A stretch of DNA of 64,000 nucleotides, taken from the NCBI RefSeq assembly GCF_965641715.1, contig NZ_OZ282453.1. One strand, given 5' to 3'. The position numbers and the translations under genes are program-made. Positions 10,927 through 22,923 of the stretch are shown in pieces. The notes beneath the pieces were generated by a model. The model searched no databases and was not told where the DNA came from. It saw only the letters and a list, made by a program, of their open reading frames with translations. This stretch comes from Escherichia coli (GTDB lineage: Bacteria; Pseudomonadota; Gammaproteobacteria; Enterobacterales; Enterobacteriaceae). Position 1 is the stretch's first letter, and every line of letters begins with the position of its first letter.

Positions 10927-12140
10927 ATATTTTGCAATTTAATGTGCGACTGGCGGAAGGCGGGGCAGCAGGTGTGGCGTTAGATCTCCACCAGCGTGCG
11001 CTGCAACAGGGGCTGGCGTCACATTTTGTCTACGGCTACGGCAAAGGCGGCAAAGAGAGCGTCAGCCATCAAAACTATCCGCAGGTCATCAAACATACGC
11101 CGCGGATGACTGCGATGGCGAACATTGCCCTGTTTCGTCTGTTTAATCGCGATCTGTTCGGCAATTTCAATGAGTTATATCGCACCATTACTCGCACACC
11201 GGGTCCGGTGGTCCTGCATTTTCATGTGCTGCACAGCTACTGGTTGAATCTTAAGAGCGTGGTGCGCTTTTGCGAAAAAGTGAAAAACCACAAACCGGAT
11301 GTCACTCTGGTCTGGACGCTGCACGACCACTGGAGCGTTACCGGGCGCTGCGCCTTTACCGACGGTTGTGAAGGCTGGAAAACGGGCTGCCAGAAATGCC
11401 CGACCTTAAATAATTATCCGCCGGTGAAGATTGATCGGGCGCACCAGCTGGTGGCGGGCAAACGCCAGTTATTCCTTGAGATGCTGGTGCTGGGCTGTCA
11501 GTTTATTTCCCCCAGCCAGCATGTGGCTGACGCTTTCAATAGCCTGTACGGTCCAGGGCGTTGCCGGATCATCAATAATGGCATTGATATGGCAACCGAA
11601 GCGATTCTGGCGGATTTGCCTCCGGTGCGCGAAACTCAGGGCAAGCCGAAAATCGCGGTGGTAGCGCATGACCTGCGTTACGACGGCAAAACTAACCAGC
11701 ACCTGGTGCGCGAGATGATGGCGCTGGACGACAAAATCGAACTGCATACCTTCGGTAAGTTCTCGCCGTTCACCGCTGGCAACGTGGTCAATCACGGCTT
11801 TGAAACCGACAAACGTAAGCTGATGAGCGCGCTCAATCAGATGGATGCGCTGGTATTCAGTTCTCGCGTCGATAACTACCCGCTGATTTTGTGTGAGGCG
11901 TTATCAATTGGCGTGCCGGTGATTGCCACCCATAGCGACGCGGCGCGTGAAGTGTTGCAAAAATCCGGCGGTAAAACCGTCAGCGAAGAAGAGGTGCTGC
12001 AACTGGTCCAGTTAAGCAAACCGGAAATCGCGCAGGCGATATTTGGTACCACGCTGGCTGAGTTCAGCCAACGCAGCCGCGCCGCCTACAGTGGACAACA
12101 GATGCTGGAGGAGTATGTCAACTTCTATCAGAATCTGTAG
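10923..12140 (+). CDS. wcaC: Colanic acid glycosyltransferase (GT4)
   Basis: 405 aa; start overlaps the wcaB stop (ATGA); synteny. Confidence 0.9.
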   Translation: MNILQFNVRLAEGGAAGVALDLHQRALQQGLASHFVYGYGKGGKESVSHQNYPQVIKHTPRMTAMANIALFRLFNRDLFGNFNELYRTITRTPGPVVLHFHVLHSYWLNLKSVVRFCEKVKNHKPDVTLVWTLHDHWSVTGRCAFTDGCEGWKTGCQKCPTLNNYPPVKIDRAHQLVAGKRQLFLEMLVLGCQFISPSQHVADAFNSLYGPGRCRIINNGIDMATEAILADLPPVRETQGKPKIAVVAHDLRYDGKTNQHLVREMMALDDKIELHTFGKFSPFTAGNVVNHGFETDKRKLMSALNQMDALVFSSRVDNYPLILCEALSIGVPVIATHSDAAREVLQKSGGKTVSEEEVLQLVQLSKPEIAQAIFGTTLAEFSQRSRAAYSGQQMLEEYVNFYQNL

Positions 12141-13332
12141 CTACCTGCTGCTGCCGCTGATCTACCTGCTGGTTAACGTCAAAATCGCCCAGCTTGGCGA
12201 AAGTTTCCCCATCACCATCGTCACTTTTTTACCTGTCTTGTTACTGCTGTTTTTAGAACGCATCAGCGTTAAAAAATTGATGATTGCCTTAGGGATTGGC
12301 GCGGGACTCACGGCGTTTAACTACCTGTTTGGTCAGTCGTTGGATGCCAGTAAATACGTCACTTCAACCATGCTGTTTGTCTATATTGTGATCATTATTG
12401 GCATGGTGTGGAGTATTCGCTTTAAAACGATTTCGCCACACAACCATCGCAAGATATTACGTTTCTTTTATCTGGTGGTCGGACTGGTGGTGGCGCTGGC
12501 GGCGGTGGAGATGGCGCAAATTATCCTCACCGGTGGCAGTAGTATTATGGAGTCGATTTCGAAATATCTGATTTACAGCAACAGCTATGTGCTGAATTTC
12601 ATCAAATTCGGCGGCAAGCGCACGACAGCACTTTATTTCGAACCGGCATTTTTCGCTCTGGCATTAATCTCAATTTGGCTCAGCATCAAACAGTTTGGTA
12701 TCAAAACGCCTAAAACCGATGCTATGATTCTCGCAGGGATAATATTATCCGGATCGTTTTCAGGGGTTATGACCTTTATCCTGTTTTATTTGCTGGAGTG
12801 GGCATTTCAATATCTGAATAAAGAGGCGATTAAGAAAAAGTTACCGTTAGCATTGATTTCTCTGGCTGTATTCCTGGTTGGTGTGGTAATCGCGTTTCCT
12901 TATATTTCCACCCGTCTGGGCGATTTAGGTACGGAAGGATCGTCATCGTATTATCGTATTGTCGGTCCGCTGGTGATGGTCGGTTATTCTTTGACCCATA
13001 TTGACGGTGTAGTCAGATTTGGCTCACTTTATGAATATGTTGCATCATTCGGAATATTTAACGGTGCGGATGTCGGAAAAACCATAGACAATGGTTTGTA
13101 TCTGCTGATTATTTATTTTTCCTGGTTCGCGGTGTTTTTATCGCTGTGGTACATGGGGAAAGTGATAAAAATGATGATCAACGCTTTTGGTGATAACCGC
13201 AATTTTCGCGTGCAATTATATCTTTTTACTCCGGTATCGCTGTTTTTTACCGGTTCGATATTTAGCCCGGAATATGCATTTTTAATCGTCTGTCCGTTTA
13301 TTTTGCGAAAAGCGTTAAATATTACGAGGTAA
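12115..13332 (+). CDS. wcaD: Colanic acid polymerase (Wzy-like)
   Basis: 405 aa polytopic membrane protein from [14 protein letters not shown]; the ORF-track start at 12043 is inside wcaC and is rejected. Confidence 0.85.
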   Translation: MSTSIRICSYLLLPLIYLLVNVKIAQLGESFPITIVTFLPVLLLLFLERISVKKLMIALGIGAGLTAFNYLFGQSLDASKYVTSTMLFVYIVIIIGMVWSIRFKTISPHNHRKILRFFYLVVGLVVALAAVEMAQIILTGGSSIMESISKYLIYSNSYVLNFIKFGGKRTTALYFEPAFFALALISIWLSIKQFGIKTPKTDAMILAGIILSGSFSGVMTFILFYLLEWAFQYLNKEAIKKKLPLALISLAVFLVGVVIAFPYISTRLGDLGTEGSSSYYRIVGPLVMVGYSLTHIDGVVRFGSLYEYVASFGIFNGADVGKTIDNGLYLLIIYFSWFAVFLSLWYMGKVIKMMINAFGDNRNFRVQLYLFTPVSLFFTGSIFSPEYAFLIVCPFILRKALNITR

Positions 13333-13342
13333 GAATAAGAAC

Positions 13343-14089
13343 ATGTTGCTTAGCATAATCACTGTCGCGTTTCGTAACCTCGAAGGGATAGTCAAAACAT
13401 ATGCCTCGCTGGCGCATCTGGCGCAGGCGGACGATATCAGCTTCGAATGGATTGTTGTCGATGGCGGTTCCAACGATGGCACCCGTGAGTATCTGGAAAA
13501 TCTCAATGGTATCTATAACCTACGCTTTGTCAGCGAGCCAGATAACGGTATCTACGACGCCATGAACAAAGGCATTGCGATGGCACAAGGCAAGTTCGCG
13601 TTGTTTCTCAACTCAGGTGATATTTTTCATCAGGATGCCGCAAATTTTGTCCGTAAGTTAAAAGTGCAAAAAGATAACGTGATGATCACCGGCGATGCGC
13701 TGCTGGATTTTGGCGACGGGCATAAAATTAAACGTAGCGCCAAACCGGGTTGGTATATTTATCACAGCCTGCCCGCCAGTCATCAGGCGATATTTTTCCC
13801 GGTATCCGGTTTGAAAAAATGGCGTTATGACCTGGAATATAAAGTTTCTTCTGATTACGCGCTGGCAGCCAAAATGTATAAAGCCGGTTATGCATTTAAA
13901 AAACTCAATGGTCTGGTGTCTGAATTTTCTATGGGTGGGGTATCAACCACCAATAATATGGAATTATGTGCTGACGCCAAAAAAGTCCAACGGCAAATAT
14001 TACATGTGCCTGGCTTCTGGGCAGAATTATCCTGGCATTTACGCCAGCGTACTACCTCAAAGACGAAAGCCTTATATAACAAAAGCTGA
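13343..14089 (+). CDS. wcaE: Colanic acid glycosyltransferase (GT2)
   Basis: 248 aa; synteny and length. Confidence 0.9.
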   Translation: MLLSIITVAFRNLEGIVKTYASLAHLAQADDISFEWIVVDGGSNDGTREYLENLNGIYNLRFVSEPDNGIYDAMNKGIAMAQGKFALFLNSGDIFHQDAANFVRKLKVQKDNVMITGDALLDFGDGHKIKRSAKPGWYIYHSLPASHQAIFFPVSGLKKWRYDLEYKVSSDYALAAKMYKAGYAFKKLNGLVSEFSMGGVSTTNNMELCADAKKVQRQILHVPGFWAELSWHLRQRTTSKTKALYNKS

Positions 14090-14104
14090 ATATAAGGGAA
14101 AACG

Positions 14105-14653
14105 ATGCAGGATTTAAGTGGATTCTCGGTGCCGAAAGGGTTCCGGGGGGGCAACGCTATTAAAGTGCAATTGTGGTGGGCAGTACAGGCAACATTATTT
14201 GCCTGGTCGCCACAAGTATTGTATCGCTGGCGGGCATTTTTATTACGTTTATTCGGCGCAAAAATAGGAAAAAACGTAGTTATTCGTCCGTCAGTAAAAA
14301 TTACCTATCCGTGGAAATTAACCTTAGGTGATTACGCGTGGGTCGGCGATGACGTCAATTTATATACCCTCGGTGAAATAACCATTGGCGCACATTCGGT
14401 GATATCGCAAAAAAGTTATTTATGCACCGGGAGCCACGACCATGCAAGTCAACATTTCACCATTAACGCCACGCCTATTGTGATTGGCGAGAAATGCTGG
14501 CTGGCAACCGATGTTTTTGTTGCCCCAGGCGTCACGATTGGCGACGGCACCGTCGTGGGTGCGCGAAGCAGTGTTTTTAAATCGCTTCCGGCAAATGTGG
14601 TTTGCCGGGGGAATCCCGCAGTGGTGATACGCAAACGCGTTGAAACTGAATAA
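14105..14653 (+). CDS. wcaF: Colanic acid acetyltransferase (hexapeptide-repeat family)
   Basis: 182 aa; hexapeptide repeats; synteny. Confidence 0.9.
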   Translation: MQDLSGFSVPKGFRGGNAIKVQLWWAVQATLFAWSPQVLYRWRAFLLRLFGAKIGKNVVIRPSVKITYPWKLTLGDYAWVGDDVNLYTLGEITIGAHSVISQKSYLCTGSHDHASQHFTINATPIVIGEKCWLATDVFVAPGVTIGDGTVVGARSSVFKSLPANVVCRGNPAVVIRKRVETE

Positions 14654-14679
14654 ATTCAAAAAATACAGAGGAATAAGAC

Positions 14680-15801
14680 ATGTCAAAAGTCGCTCTCATC
14701 ACCGGTGTAACCGGACAAGACGGTTCTTACCTGGCAGAGTTTCTGCTGGAAAAAGGTTACGAGGTACATGGTATTAAGCGTCGCGCATCGTCATTCAACA
14801 CCGAGCGCGTGGATCACATTTATCAGGATCCGCACACCTGCAACCCGAAATTCCATCTGCATTATGGCGACCTGAGTGATACCTCCAACCTGACGCGCAT
14901 TTTGCGTGAAGTGCAGCCGGATGAAGTGTACAACCTGGGCGCAATGAGCCACGTTGCGGTCTCTTTTGAGTCACCAGAATATACCGCTGACGTCGACGCG
15001 ATGGGTACGCTGCGCCTGCTCGAGGCGATCCGCTTCCTCGGTCTGGAAAAGAAAACCCGTTTCTATCAGGCTTCCACTTCTGAACTGTACGGTCTGGTGC
15101 AGGAAATTCCGCAGAAAGAAACCACGCCGTTCTATCCGCGATCTCCGTATGCGGTCGCCAAACTGTATGCCTACTGGATCACCGTTAACTACCGCGAATC
15201 CTACGGCATGTACGCCTGTAACGGTATTCTCTTCAACCATGAATCCCCGCGCCGCGGCGAAACCTTCGTTACCCGCAAAATCACCCGCGCAATCGCCAAT
15301 ATCGCCCAGGGGCTGGAGTCGTGCCTGTACCTCGGCAATATGGATTCCCTGCGTGACTGGGGCCACGCCAAAGACTACGTAAAAATGCAGTGGATGATGC
15401 TGCAACAGGAACAGCCAGAAGATTTCGTTATCGCGACCGGCGTTCAGTACTCCGTACGTCAGTTCGTGGAAATGGCGGCAGCACAGCTGGGCATCAAACT
15501 GCGCTTTGAAGGCACGGGTGTTGAAGAGAAGGGCATTGTGGTTTCCGTCACCGGGCATGACGCGCCGGGCGTTAAACCGGGCGATGTGATTATCGCTGTT
15601 GACCCGCGCTACTTCCGTCCGGCAGAAGTTGAAACGCTGCTCGGCGACCCGACCAAAGCGCACGAAAAACTGGGCTGGAAACCGGAAATCACCCTCAGAG
15701 AGATGGTGTCTGAAATGGTGGCTAATGACCTCGAAGCGGCGAAAAAACACTCTCTGCTGAAATCTCACGGCTACGACGTGGCGATCGCGCTGGAGTCATA
15801 A
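14680..15801 (+). CDS. gmd: GDP-mannose 4,6-dehydratase
   Basis: 373 aa; Rossmann motif [10 protein letters not shown]; highly conserved Gmd sequence. Confidence 0.95.
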
Positions 15802-15803
15802 GC

Positions 15804-16769
15804 ATGAGTAGACAACGCATTTTTATCGCTGGCCATCGCGGGATGGTCGGTTCTGCCATCAGGCGGCAGCTCGAACAGCGCGGTGATGTGGAACTGGTAT
15901 TACGCACCCGCGACGAGCTGAACCTGCTGGACAGCCGCGCCGTGCATGATTTCTTTGCCAGCGAACGTATTGACCAGGTCTATCTGGCGGCGGCGAAAGT
16001 GGGCGGCATTGTTGCCAACAACACCTATCCGGCGGATTTCATCTATCAGAACATGATAATTGAGAGCAACATCATTCACGCCGCGCATCAGAACGACGTG
16101 AACAAACTGCTGTTTCTCGGATCGTCCTGTATCTACCCGAAACTGGCAAAACAGCCGATGGCAGAAAGCGAGTTGTTGCAGGGCACGCTGGAGCCGACCA
16201 ACGAGCCTTACGCCATTGCCAAAATCGCCGGGATCAAACTGTGCGAATCTTACAACCGCCAGTATGGACGCGATTACCGCTCAGTCATGCCGACCAACCT
16301 GTATGGCCCGCATGACAACTTCCACCCGAGTAATTCGCATGTGATCCCTGCATTGCTGCGTCGCTTCCACGAGGCGACGGCACAGAATGCACCGGACGTG
16401 GTGGTGTGGGGCAGCGGTACACCGATGCGCGAATTTCTGCACGTCGATGATATGGCGGCGGCGAGCATTCATGTCATGGAGCTGGCGCATGAAGTCTGGC
16501 TGGAAAACACCCAGCCGATGCTGTCACACATTAACGTCGGCACGGGCGTTGACTGCACTATCCGCGAGCTGGCGCAAACCATCGCCAAAGTAGTGGGTTA
16601 CAAAGGTCGGGTGGTTTTTGATGCCAGCAAACCGGATGGTACGCCGCGCAAACTGCTGGATGTGACGCGCCTGCATCAGCTTGGCTGGTATCACGAAATC
16701 TCACTGGAAGCGGGGCTTGCCAGCACTTACCAGTGGTTCCTTGAGAATCAAGACCGCTTTCGGGGGTAA
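15804..16769 (+). CDS. fcl: GDP-L-fucose synthase (GDP-4-keto-6-deoxymannose 3,5-epimerase/4-reductase)
   Basis: 321 aa; [19 protein letters not shown]; follows gmd. Confidence 0.95.
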   Translation: MSRQRIFIAGHRGMVGSAIRRQLEQRGDVELVLRTRDELNLLDSRAVHDFFASERIDQVYLAAAKVGGIVANNTYPADFIYQNMIIESNIIHAAHQNDVNKLLFLGSSCIYPKLAKQPMAESELLQGTLEPTNEPYAIAKIAGIKLCESYNRQYGRDYRSVMPTNLYGPHDNFHPSNSHVIPALLRRFHEATAQNAPDVVVWGSGTPMREFLHVDDMAAASIHVMELAHEVWLENTQPMLSHINVGTGVDCTIRELAQTIAKVVGYKGRVVFDASKPDGTPRKLLDVTRLHQLGWYHEISLEAGLASTYQWFLENQDRFRG

Positions 16770-17251
16770 TGATGTTTTTACGTCAGGAAGACTTTGCCAC
16801 GGTAGTGCGCTCCACACCGCTTGTCTCTCTCGACTTTATTGTCGAGAACAGTCGCGGCGAGTTTCTGCTTGGCAAAAGAACCAACCGCCCGGCGCAGGGT
16901 TACTGGTTTGTGCCAGGAGGGCGCGTGCAGAAAGACGAAACGCTGGAAGCCGCATTTGAGCGGCTGACGATGGCGGAACTGGGGCTGCGTCTGCCGATAA
17001 CAGCAGGCCAGTTTTACGGTGTCTGGCAGCACTTTTATGACGATAACTTCTCTGGCACGGATTTCACCACGCACTATGTGGTGCTCGGTTTTCGCTTCAG
17101 AGTAGCGGAAGAAGAACTGTTACTGCCGGATGAGCAGCATGACGATTACCGCTGGCTGACGCCGGACGCACTGCTCGCCAGTGACAATGTTCACGCTAAC
17201 AGCCGCGCCTATTTTCTCGCTGAGAAGCGTGCCGGAGTACCCGGATTATGA
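16769..17251 (+). CDS. gmm: GDP-mannose mannosyl hydrolase (Nudix)
   Basis: 160 aa; Nudix-type fold region; synteny (wcaH). Confidence 0.9.
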   Translation: MMFLRQEDFATVVRSTPLVSLDFIVENSRGEFLLGKRTNRPAQGYWFVPGGRVQKDETLEAAFERLTMAELGLRLPITAGQFYGVWQHFYDDNFSGTDFTTHYVVLGFRFRVAEEELLLPDEQHDDYRWLTPDALLASDNVHANSRAYFLAEKRAGVPGL

Positions 17252-18471
17252 AAATACTGGTCTACGGCATTAACTACTCGCCGGAGTTAACCGGCATCGG
17301 CAAATACACCGGCGAGATGGTGGAATGGCTGGCGGCACAAGGTCATGAGGTGCGGGTTATTACCGCACCGCCTTACTACCCGCAGTGGCAGGTGGGCGAG
17401 AACTATTCCGCCTGGCGCTACAAACGAGAAGAGGGGGCCGCCACGGTGTGGCGCTGCCCGCTGTACGTGCCAAAACAGCCGAGCACCCTGAAACGCTTGT
17501 TGCATCTCGGCAGTTTTGCCGTCAGCAGTTTTTTCCCGTTGATGGCGCAACGTCGCTGGAAGCCGGATCGTATTATCGGCGTGGTGCCAACGCTGTTTTG
17601 CACGCCAGGAATGCGCCTGCTGGCGAAGCTCTCTGGTGCGCGTATCGTGCTGCATATTCAGGATTACGAAGTGGACGCCATGCTGGGGCTGGGCCTTGCC
17701 GGAAAAGGCAAAGGCGGCAAAGTGGCACAGCTGGCAACGGCGTTCGAACGTAGCGGACTGCATAACGTCGATAACGTCTCCACGATTTCGCGTTCGATGA
17801 TGAATAAAGCCATCGAAAAAGGCGTGGCGGCGGAAAACGTCATCTTCTTCCCCAACTGGTCGGAAATCGCCCGTTTTCAGCATGTTGCAGATGCAGATGT
17901 TGATGCCCTTCGTAACCAGCTTGGCCTGCCGGATAACAAAAAAATCATTCTTTACTCCGGCAATATTGGTGAAAAGCAGGGGCTGGAAAACGTTATTGAA
18001 GCTGCCGATCGTCTGCGCGATGAACCGCTGATTTTTGCCATTGTCGGGCAGGGCGGCGGCAAAGCGCGGCTGGAAAAAATGGCGCAGCAGCGTGGACTGC
18101 GCAACATGCAATTTTTCCCGCTGCAATCGTATGACGCTTTACCCGCACTGCTGAAGATGGGCGATTGCCATCTGGTGGTGCAAAAACGCGGCGCGGCAGA
18201 TGCCGTATTGCCGTCGAAACTGACCAATATTCTGGCAGTAGGCGGTAACGCGGTGATTACTGCTGAAGCCTACACAGAACTGGGGCAGCTTTGCGAAACC
18301 TTTCCGGGCATTGCGGTTTGCGTTGAACCGGAATCGGTTGAGGCGCTGGTGGCGGGGATTCGTCAGGCGCTCCTGCTGCCCAAACACAACACGGTGGCAC
18401 GTGAATATGCCGAACGCACGCTCGATAAAGAGAACGTGTTACGTCAATTTATAAATGATATTCGGGGATAA
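17248..18471 (+). CDS. wcaI: Colanic acid glycosyltransferase (GT4)
   Basis: 407 aa; synteny. Confidence 0.9.
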   Translation: MKILVYGINYSPELTGIGKYTGEMVEWLAAQGHEVRVITAPPYYPQWQVGENYSAWRYKREEGAATVWRCPLYVPKQPSTLKRLLHLGSFAVSSFFPLMAQRRWKPDRIIGVVPTLFCTPGMRLLAKLSGARIVLHIQDYEVDAMLGLGLAGKGKGGKVAQLATAFERSGLHNVDNVSTISRSMMNKAIEKGVAAENVIFFPNWSEIARFQHVADADVDALRNQLGLPDNKKIILYSGNIGEKQGLENVIEAADRLRDEPLIFAIVGQGGGKARLEKMAQQRGLRNMQFFPLQSYDALPALLKMGDCHLVVQKRGAADAVLPSKLTNILAVGGNAVITAEAYTELGQLCETFPGIAVCVEPESVEALVAGIRQALLLPKHNTVAREYAERTLDKENVLRQFINDIRG

Positions 18472-18473
18472 TT

Positions 18474-19910
18474 ATGGCGCAGTCGAAACTCTATCCAGTT
18501 GTGATGGCAGGTGGCTCCGGTAGCCGCTTATGGCCGCTTTCCCGCGTACTTTACCCCAAGCAGTTTTTATGCCTGAAAGGCGATCTCACCATGCTGCAAA
18601 CCACCATCTGTCGCCTGAACGGCGTGGAGTGCGAAAGCCCGGTGGTGATTTGCAATGAGCAGCACCGCTTTATTGTCGCGGAACAGCTGCGTCAACTGAA
18701 CAAACTCACCGAGAACATTATTCTCGAACCGGCAGGGCGTAACACTGCACCTGCCATTGCACTGGCGGCGCTGGCGGCAAAACGTCATAGCCCGGAGAGC
18801 GACCCGTTAATGCTGGTATTGGCGGCGGATCATGTGATTGCCGATGAAGACGCGTTCCGTGCCGCCGTGCGTAATGCCATGCCGTATGCCGAAGCGGGCA
18901 AGCTGGTGACCTTTGGCATTGTGCCGGATCTACCAGAAACCGGTTATGGCTATATTCGTCGCGGTGAAGTGTCTGCGGGTGAGCAGGATACGGTGGCCTT
19001 TGAAGTGGCGCAGTTTGTCGAAAAACCGAATCTGGAAACCGCCCAGGCCTATGTGGCAAGCGGCGAATATTACTGGAACAGCGGCATGTTCCTGTTCCGC
19101 GCCGGACGCTATCTCGAAGAACTGAAAAAATATCGCCCGGATATTCTCGACGCCTGTGAAAAAGCGATGAGCGCCGTCGATCCGGATCTCGATTTTATTC
19201 GCGTGGATGAAGAAGCGTTTCTGGCCTGCCCGGAAGAGTCGGTGGATTACGCGGTCATGGAACGTACGGCAGATGCTGTTGTGGTGCCGATGGATGCGGG
19301 CTGGAGCGATGTCGGTTCCTGGTCTTCATTATGGGAGATTAGCGCCCACACCGCCGAGGGCAACGTTTGCCACGGCGATGTGATTAATCACAAAACTGAA
19401 AACAGCTATGTGTATGCCGAATCTGGCCTGGTCACCACCGTCGGGGTGAAAGATCTGGTAGTGGTGCAGACCAAAGATGCGGTGCTGATTGCCGACCGTA
19501 ACGCGGTGCAGGATGTGAAAAAAGTGGTCGAGCAGATCAAAGCCGATGGTCGCCATGAGCATCGGGTACATCGCGAAGTCTATCGCCCGTGGGGCAAATA
19601 TGACTCTATCGACGCGGGCGACCGCTACCAGGTGAAACGCATCACCGTGAAACCGGGCGAAGGCTTGTCGGTACAGATGCACCATCACCGCGCGGAACAC
19701 TGGGTGGTTGTCGCGGGAACGGCAAAAGTCACTATTGACGGTGATATCAAACTGCTTGGTGAAAACGAGTCGATTTATATTCCGCTGGGGGCGACGCACT
19801 GCCTGGAAAACCCGGGGAAAATTCCGCTCGATTTAATTGAAGTGCGCTCCGGCTCTTATCTCGAAGAGGATGATGTGGTGCGCTTCGCGGATCGCTACGG
19901 ACGGGTGTAA
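18474..19910 (+). CDS. cpsB: Mannose-1-phosphate guanylyltransferase (colanic acid copy)
   Basis: 478 aa; N-terminal nucleotidyltransferase motif [14 protein letters not shown] and C-terminal cupin/PMI-like domain; GC-rich. Confidence 0.95.
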   Translation: MAQSKLYPVVMAGGSGSRLWPLSRVLYPKQFLCLKGDLTMLQTTICRLNGVECESPVVICNEQHRFIVAEQLRQLNKLTENIILEPAGRNTAPAIALAALAAKRHSPESDPLMLVLAADHVIADEDAFRAAVRNAMPYAEAGKLVTFGIVPDLPETGYGYIRRGEVSAGEQDTVAFEVAQFVEKPNLETAQAYVASGEYYWNSGMFLFRAGRYLEELKKYRPDILDACEKAMSAVDPDLDFIRVDEEAFLACPEESVDYAVMERTADAVVVPMDAGWSDVGSWSSLWEISAHTAEGNVCHGDVINHKTENSYVYAESGLVTTVGVKDLVVVQTKDAVLIADRNAVQDVKKVVEQIKADGRHEHRVHREVYRPWGKYDSIDAGDRYQVKRITVKPGEGLSVQMHHHRAEHWVVVAGTAKVTIDGDIKLLGENESIYIPLGATHCLENPGKIPLDLIEVRSGSYLEEDDVVRFADRYGRV

Positions 19911-20012
<102 letters not shown>

Positions 20013-20102
20013 AATGAATGCGAAACCGCGGTGTAAATAACGACAAAAACAAAATTGGCCGTTTCGGTCAGGGCCAACTATTGCCTGAAAAAGGGTAACG
20101 AT

Positions 20103-21473
20103 ATGAAAAAATTAACCTGCTTTAAAGCCTATGATATTCGCGGGAAATTAGGCGAAGAACTGAATGAAGATATTGCCTGGCGTATTGGTCGCGCCTATGG
20201 CGAATTTCTTAAACCGAAAACCATTGTTTTAGGCGGTGATGTCCGCCTCACCAGCGAAACCTTAAAACTGGCGCTGGCAAAAGGTTTACAGGATGCGGGC
20301 GTCGACGTGCTGGATATTGGCATGTCCGGCACCGAAGAGATCTATTTCGCCACGTTCCATCTCGGCGTGGATGGCGGCATTGAAGTTACCGCCAGCCATA
20401 ATCCGATGGATTACAACGGCATGAAGCTGGTGCGCGAAGGGGCTCGCCCAATCAGCGGTGATACCGGACTGCGCGATGTCCAGCGTCTGGCTGAAGCCAA
20501 CGACTTTCCTCCCGTCGATGAAACCAAACGCGGTCGCTATCAGCAAATCAGCCTGCGTGATGCATACGTTGATCACCTGTTTGGTTATATCAACGTCAAA
20601 AACCTCACGCCGCTCAAGCTGGTGATTAACTCCGGGAACGGCGCAGCGGGTCCGGTAGTGGACGCCATTGAAGCCCGCTTTAAAGCCCTCGGCGCACCTG
20701 TGGAATTGATCAAAGTGCACAACACGCCGGACGGTAATTTCCCCAACGGTATTCCTAACCCGCTACTGCCAGAATGCCGCGACGACACCCGCAATGCGGT
20801 CATCAAACACGGCGCGGATATGGGCATTGCCTTTGATGGCGATTTTGACCGCTGCTTCCTGTTTGACGAAAAAGGGCAGTTTATCGAAGGCTACTACATT
20901 GTCGGCCTGCTGGCAGAAGCGTTCCTCGAAAAAAATCCCGGCGCGAAGATCATCCACGATCCACGTCTCTCCTGGAACACTGTTGATGTGGTGACGGCCG
21001 CGGGCGGCACTCCGGTGATGTCGAAAACCGGACACGCCTTTATTAAAGAACGTATGCGCAAGGAAGACGCCGTCTACGGTGGCGAAATGAGCGCCCACCA
21101 TTACTTCCGTGATTTCGCTTACTGCGACAGCGGCATGATCCCGTGGCTGCTGGTCGCCGAACTGGTGTGCCTGAAAGGAAAAACGCTGGGAGAACTGGTG
21201 CGCGACCGGATGGCGGCATTCCCGGCAAGCGGTGAGATCAACAGCAAACTGGCGCAACCCGTTGAGGCGATTAACCGCGTGGAACAGCATTTTAGCCGTG
21301 AGGCGCTGGCGGTGGATCGCACCGATGGCATCAGCATGACCTTTGCCGACTGGCGCTTTAACCTGCGCACCTCCAACACCGAACCGGTGGTGCGGTTGAA
21401 TGTGGAATCACGCGGTGATGTGCCGCTGATGGAAGCGCGAACGCGAACTCTGCTGACGTTGCTGAACGAGTAA
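20103..21473 (+). CDS. cpsG: Phosphomannomutase (colanic acid copy)
   Basis: 456 aa from [20 protein letters not shown]; phosphohexomutase active-site region TASHNP; ORF-track start at 20055 rejected. Confidence 0.95.
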   Translation: MKKLTCFKAYDIRGKLGEELNEDIAWRIGRAYGEFLKPKTIVLGGDVRLTSETLKLALAKGLQDAGVDVLDIGMSGTEEIYFATFHLGVDGGIEVTASHNPMDYNGMKLVREGARPISGDTGLRDVQRLAEANDFPPVDETKRGRYQQISLRDAYVDHLFGYINVKNLTPLKLVINSGNGAAGPVVDAIEARFKALGAPVELIKVHNTPDGNFPNGIPNPLLPECRDDTRNAVIKHGADMGIAFDGDFDRCFLFDEKGQFIEGYYIVGLLAEAFLEKNPGAKIIHDPRLSWNTVDVVTAAGGTPVMSKTGHAFIKERMRKEDAVYGGEMSAHHYFRDFAYCDSGMIPWLLVAELVCLKGKTLGELVRDRMAAFPASGEINSKLAQPVEAINRVEQHFSREALAVDRTDGISMTFADWRFNLRTSNTEPVVRLNVESRGDVPLMEARTRTLLTLLNE

Positions 21474-21527
21474 TGTCGGATCTTCCCTTACCCCATTGCG
21501 GGTAAGGGGCTAATAACAGGAACAACG

Positions 21528-22922
21528 ATGACAAATCTAAAAAAGCGCGAGCGAGCGAAAACCAATGCATCGTTAATCTCTATGGTGCAACGCTTTTCAG
21601 ATATCACCATCATGTTTGCCGGACTATGGCTGGTTTGCGAAGTCAGCGGACTGTCATTCCTCTACATGCACCTGTTGGTGGCGCTGATTACGCTGGTGGT
21701 GTTCCAGATGCTGGGCGGCATCACCGATTTTTATCGCTCATGGCGCGGTGTTCGGGCAGCGACAGAATTTGCCCTGCTGCTACAAAACTGGACCTTAAGC
21801 GTGATTTTCAGCGCCGGACTGGTGGCGTTCAACAATGATTTCGACACGCAACTGAAAATCTGGCTGGCGTGGTATGGGCTGACCAGTATCGGACTGGTGG
21901 TTTGCCGTTCATGTATTCGTATTGGGGCGGGCTGGCTGCGTAATCATGGCTATAACAAGCGCATGGTCGCCGTAGCGGGGGATTTAGCCGCCGGACAAAT
22001 GCTGATGGAGAGCTTCCGTAATCAGCCGTGGTTAGGGTTTGAAGTGGTGGGGGTTTACCACGACCCGAAACCGGGCGGCGTTTCTAACGACTGGGTGGGT
22101 AACCTGCAACAGCTGGTCGAGGATGCTAAAGCAGGCAAGATTCATAACGTCTATATCGCGATGCAAATGTGCGACGGCGCGCGAGTGAAAAAACTGGTCC
22201 ATCAATTGGCGGACACCACCTGTTCGGTGCTGCTGATCCCCGATGTCTTTACCTTCAATATTCTTCATTCCCGTATCGAAGAGATGAACGGCGTACCGGT
22301 GGTGCCGCTGTATGACACGCCGCTTTCCGGGGTAAACCGCCTGCTCAAACGTGCGGAAGATATTGTGCTGGCGACGCTTATTCTGCTGCTGATCTCCCCG
22401 GTGCTGTGCTGTATTGCGCTGGCGGTGAAACTCAGTTCACCAGGGCCGGTTATTTTCCGCCAGACTCGCTATGGCATGGATGGCAAGCCGATCAAAGTGT
22501 GGAAGTTCCGTTCCATGAAAGTGATGGAGAACGACAAAGTGGTGACTCAGGCGACGCAGAACGATCCGCGCGTCACCAAAGTGGGGAACTTTCTGCGCCG
22601 CACCTCGCTGGATGAATTGCCGCAGTTTATCAATGTGCTGACCGGGGGGATGTCGATTGTCGGTCCACGTCCGCACGCGGTGGCGCATAACGAACAGTAT
22701 CGACAGCTCATTGAAGGCTACATGCTGCGCCATAAGGTGAAACCGGGCATTACCGGCTGGGCGCAGATTAATGGCTGGCGCGGCGAAACTGACACGCTGG
22801 AGAAAATGGAAAAACGCGTCGAGTTCGACCTTGAGTACATCCGCGAATGGAGCGTCTGGTTCGATATCAAAATCGTTTTCCTGACGGTATTCAAAGGCTT
22901 CGTTAACAAAGCGGCATATTGA
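21528..22922 (+). CDS. wcaJ: Undecaprenyl-phosphate glucose-1-phosphate transferase (initiating transferase for colanic acid)
   Basis: 464 aa; N-terminal TM segments and C-terminal polyisoprenyl-phosphate hexose-1-P transferase domain (...DELPQFINVLTGGMSIVGPRP...). Confidence 0.9.
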   Translation: MTNLKKRERAKTNASLISMVQRFSDITIMFAGLWLVCEVSGLSFLYMHLLVALITLVVFQMLGGITDFYRSWRGVRAATEFALLLQNWTLSVIFSAGLVAFNNDFDTQLKIWLAWYGLTSIGLVVCRSCIRIGAGWLRNHGYNKRMVAVAGDLAAGQMLMESFRNQPWLGFEVVGVYHDPKPGGVSNDWVGNLQQLVEDAKAGKIHNVYIAMQMCDGARVKKLVHQLADTTCSVLLIPDVFTFNILHSRIEEMNGVPVVPLYDTPLSGVNRLLKRAEDIVLATLILLLISPVLCCIALAVKLSSPGPVIFRQTRYGMDGKPIKVWKFRSMKVMENDKVVTQATQNDPRVTKVGNFLRRTSLDELPQFINVLTGGMSIVGPRPHAVAHNEQYRQLIEGYMLRHKVKPGITGWAQINGWRGETDTLEKMEKRVEFDLEYIREWSVWFDIKIVFLTVFKGFVNKAAY

Positions 22923-22923
22923 T

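Noticed and set aside
17287-18126. Long antisense ORFs inside GC-rich genes (for example 279 aa in wcaI, 265 aa at 14971-15768 in gmd, 199 aa at 22437-23036 in wcaJ, 194 aa at 7578-8162 in wzc, 221 aa at 25119-25784 in wcaK)
   Set aside because: Shadow ORFs expected by chance in GC-rich DNA opposite strongly conserved genes; translations are Arg/His/Gln-rich low-complexity sequence.
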